Part shown: piece by piece, positions 32,808 to 34,704 of the stretch
Position numbering within the stretch: the stretch's first letter is position 1
Layout of the letters: the number at the start of each line of letters is the position of its first letter
IMG/VR virus record: IMGVR_UViG_3300037048_000284
Span: 1-34,704 of that record
Reading direction: 5' to 3' (one strand)
Length of the DNA: 34,704 nt
DNA from: a virus
Lineage: Duplodnaviria > Caudoviricetes
Notes under the pieces: model-generated
Seen by the model: the letters and a program-made list of their open reading frames with translations, nothing else
Databases searched by the model: none
What the model was told of the DNA's origin: nothing
Translations under genes and position numbers: made by a program

Positions 32808-33451
32808 TGATGAAAAGAGTGCTGCTTGTGCAACTGTTGCTGGCTGTGTTCCTGGTGGTGGGATTTTCAGGATGTGCGTTTCTCGGCGGAGACGACGGGC
32901 GAATGCAAGCCGCCAAGGATATCCGCGTCGAAGAGGAGAGGACAAAACAGGAGTTTTTGAAAACCCGGCAGACCGAAATCAAGGCCGAGAAGGGGCAGGA
33001 TGTCAAGCGCAACCCAACCGTCAAGACCACCGCCTACGATGAAAACGGCAAGGTGGTGGCGGTCACCGAGGTCGATCTGCAACCGGCCCTGGCCGAGCTT
33101 GGCTTAAATAAGACCGGCAAGGGCGACACCTACGGGGTCGAACTGTCCACCACGCCGCTACCCAAGGGGCAGACCGCAGAAACCATCGAGGCATCCACCG
33201 GACTGGTCGCCGAGGTCGGGCGGTCGCCTGGCACTTTGGTCTACGCCACCGGCCTCGGCATCGGTCGCGCCCTCAAGGAGACCGGCGGCGGGACCAACGT
33301 CAACGGCGAGACGGTCAACATCGGCGACTCGTTTAACCGGGCGGACAACAGGGCTATTGGGTCGGGCAATAGCGTTTCGGGAGCCATGACCACCGACAAG
33401 TCGCAGAAGTCGGAGATCATGGAACTGGAACCGCAACCGGTGGTGGAGTGA
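32807..33451 (+). CDS. Predicted lipoprotein
   Basis: MKR followed by a hydrophobic core and lipobox-like FSGC; lies between the tail and lysis genes. Confidence 0.75.
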   Translation: MMKRVLLVQLLLAVFLVVGFSGCAFLGGDDGRMQAAKDIRVEEERTKQEFLKTRQTEIKAEKGQDVKRNPTVKTTAYDENGKVVAVTEVDLQPALAELGLNKTGKGDTYGVELSTTPLPKGQTAETIEASTGLVAEVGRSPGTLVYATGLGIGRALKETGGGTNVNGETVNIGDSFNRADNRAIGSGNSVSGAMTTDKSQKSEIMELEPQPVVE

Positions 33452-33663
33452 TGAGACCAATAACCCTCGAACAACACCGCCAGCCTGACGGCTCCAACCA
33501 CCACCGCGCCACCAGCGGCTGTCCGCTCGAGCCCTGCGCTGTGATCGATCCGCAGGGTGATGTCCGCGGCGATCCATGCGACTGCCTGCACAGCAATGGC
33601 GTCGACGACGAGGGCAATATCAAATGGTGCTGTAGCAAACCGCTCTGCCGCTCCGGGGTGTGA
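33448..33663 (+). CDS. Small Cys-rich hypothetical protein
   Basis: GTGA coupling; 7 Cys in 71 aa. Confidence 0.5.
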   Translation: MMRPITLEQHRQPDGSNHHRATSGCPLEPCAVIDPQGDVRGDPCDCLHSNGVDDEGNIKWCCSKPLCRSGV

Positions 33664-33696
33664 GACGATTAATCCATAAATCGACTGGAGGTCGAG

Positions 33697-33948
33697 ATGA
33701 TTGTAAAAATATTTGATGCAATGAGGGCAGGCCGCGAGCTCAGCAATCCCGCTGCCTGGAAAAACCGCCAGACCACCATCAACCTCCTCGTGGTGCTGCT
33801 GTCCGCCGCCGCCTACCTGATCAACATACTCTCCGGCAAGGCTATCCCCGACGAGGTGGTGAAGGGCGCCGCCGAGGTGATCGCCATCATCCTCGGCCTG
33901 GTCAACGCCTATCTAACTACGGCGACCAGCAAGAAGGTGGGGCTGTGA
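33697..33948 (+). CDS. Putative holin (two transmembrane segments)
   Basis: Two hydrophobic helices, basic C-terminus ATSKKVGL, GGAGGT SD; upstream of the endolysin. Confidence 0.7.
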   Translation: MIVKIFDAMRAGRELSNPAAWKNRQTTINLLVVLLSAAAYLINILSGKAIPDEVVKGAAEVIAIILGLVNAYLTTATSKKVGL

Positions 33949-34220
33949 CTCCCCCGTTGCCGGATCGGCGGCGTTTGAGTGATGAAGATATCTCAGCCAT
34001 TGTTGCCGCTTTGGACCAGCGCCAGGGCCACGTGTGTCGATTCACCGTGACTCCGGAGGAAGTCGAGGAAACGGTAAAATTCCGAAAACACATCAACGAC
34101 TTGATGAGCGAGACCGGATCCACCATCCGTAAGACGATTCTCGTCGCCGGAGTGGGAGGCCTTATCTCGCTTTTGGTGCTTGGCCTCTACGCCAAGTTGA
34201 AAAGCGCTCTGGGTTTGTAA
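33945..34220 (+). CDS. Single-pass membrane protein (holin/antiholin-like)
   Basis: DRR N-terminal motif and C-terminal transmembrane segment; directly precedes the endolysin. Confidence 0.65.
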   Translation: MTPPLPDRRRLSDEDISAIVAALDQRQGHVCRFTVTPEEVEETVKFRKHINDLMSETGSTIRKTILVAGVGGLISLLVLGLYAKLKSALGL

Positions 34221-34233
34221 GGGGGAAAAATAA

Positions 34234-34704
34234 ATGACCACGCAAGAGAGGGCCTTCCTGGATATGATCGCCTGGGCAGAGTTGGGACCAGACACTATCG
34301 CCAAGTCAGACCGTGGTTATAACGTCTTGGTGGGATCTCTACCTGATATGGTGCTCACCTTTTCCGACTTCCACCGCCACCCGAACACGCTCATACAGAT
34401 CCGCGACAACCTCGCCTCGACGGCTGCCGGCCGCTACCAGATCCTCGGCAGAATCTGGAGGGCCTACAGGGTGCCGCTCGGACTTAAAGGTTTCTGGCCG
34501 GAAGATCAGGATAAAATTGCCCTTCAGTTGATTCGAGAGTGCAAGGCGACCGGCGATATCGAGAGCGGGCGAATCGCCGCGGCAATTGAAAAATGCTGCT
34601 CGAGGTGGGCGTCTCTGCCGGGGGCTGGGTATAAACAAAAAGAGAGGTCGCTTGAGACCTTGCTGAGAGTATACCAGGAAGCTGGGGGTGAGATCAGAGT
34701 ATAA
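34234..34704 (+). CDS. Endolysin, lambda R-type lytic transglycosylase
   Basis: AFLDMIAWAE (catalytic Glu), GYNVLVG, STAAGRYQ, QDK.ALQLI.E and WASLPGAGY.Q. Confidence 0.95.
   Translation: MTTQERAFLDMIAWAELGPDTIAKSDRGYNVLVGSLPDMVLTFSDFHRHPNTLIQIRDNLASTAAGRYQILGRIWRAYRVPLGLKGFWPEDQDKIALQLIRECKATGDIESGRIAAAIEKCCSRWASLPGAGYKQKERSLETLLRVYQEAGGEIRV

Larger units (their letters stand above)
1..34704 (+). mobile_element. Lambda-like temperate siphophage/prophage (partial: early region through lysis)
   Basis: Co-oriented, translationally coupled gene series: CII-like, replication, terminase, gpW, portal, S49, gpD, gpE, tail, tape measure, holin, endolysin. Ends and integrase are not in the window. 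Confidence 0.97.

Noticed and set aside
33697-33723. Holin dual-start motif (Met1/Met9)
   Set aside because: The extension has no net positive charge (one Lys, one Asp) and the second Met lacks an SD.
1-34704. tRNA, rRNA, integrase, att sites, IS elements and host taxonomy
   Set aside because: None is recognisable in the window. The host cannot be assigned beyond probable Gram-negative without a database search.

Overview
The whole window is a contiguous part of a temperate, lambda-like siphophage or prophage of a Gram-negative host. It is GC-rich, with lower-GC accessory patches. No integrase, repressor or att site is visible. Left to right: an AT-rich antisense moron; small early genes and a CII-family regulator; a lambda-like cos site (cosQ/cosN) at ~2390-2440; a YfdP/YfdQ(DUF2303)-like pair; a replication initiator with an internal 22-bp-period iteron array; a SLOG protein; terminase small and large (gpA-type) subunits; an Xis/AlpA-like HTH protein; accessory genes including DUF5131; an antisense hicB-hicA-orf3 cassette with its own sigma70 promoter; and a putative late control region with four 10-bp-phased repeats. 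The late module follows: lambda-type head genes (gpW, portal, S49 protease with nested scaffold, gpD, gpE); a non-contractile tail (major tail protein, frameshifting chaperone, tape measure, tip and receptor-binding proteins); and a lysis cassette ending in a lambda R-type endolysin. The most unusual features are: (1) cos lies ~3.8 kb from terS with the replication module in between, and terminase lies outside the apparent late operon; (2) a three-gene hicBA cassette whose HicA has Glu at the catalytic His; (3) the phased repeat array and a candidate Xis-like activator; (4) an antisense membrane gene that shares a CATG start palindrome with the tape measure gene; (5) a large charged, disordered-looking insert in the tape measure. 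All family calls come from motif recognition by eye, not database searches.
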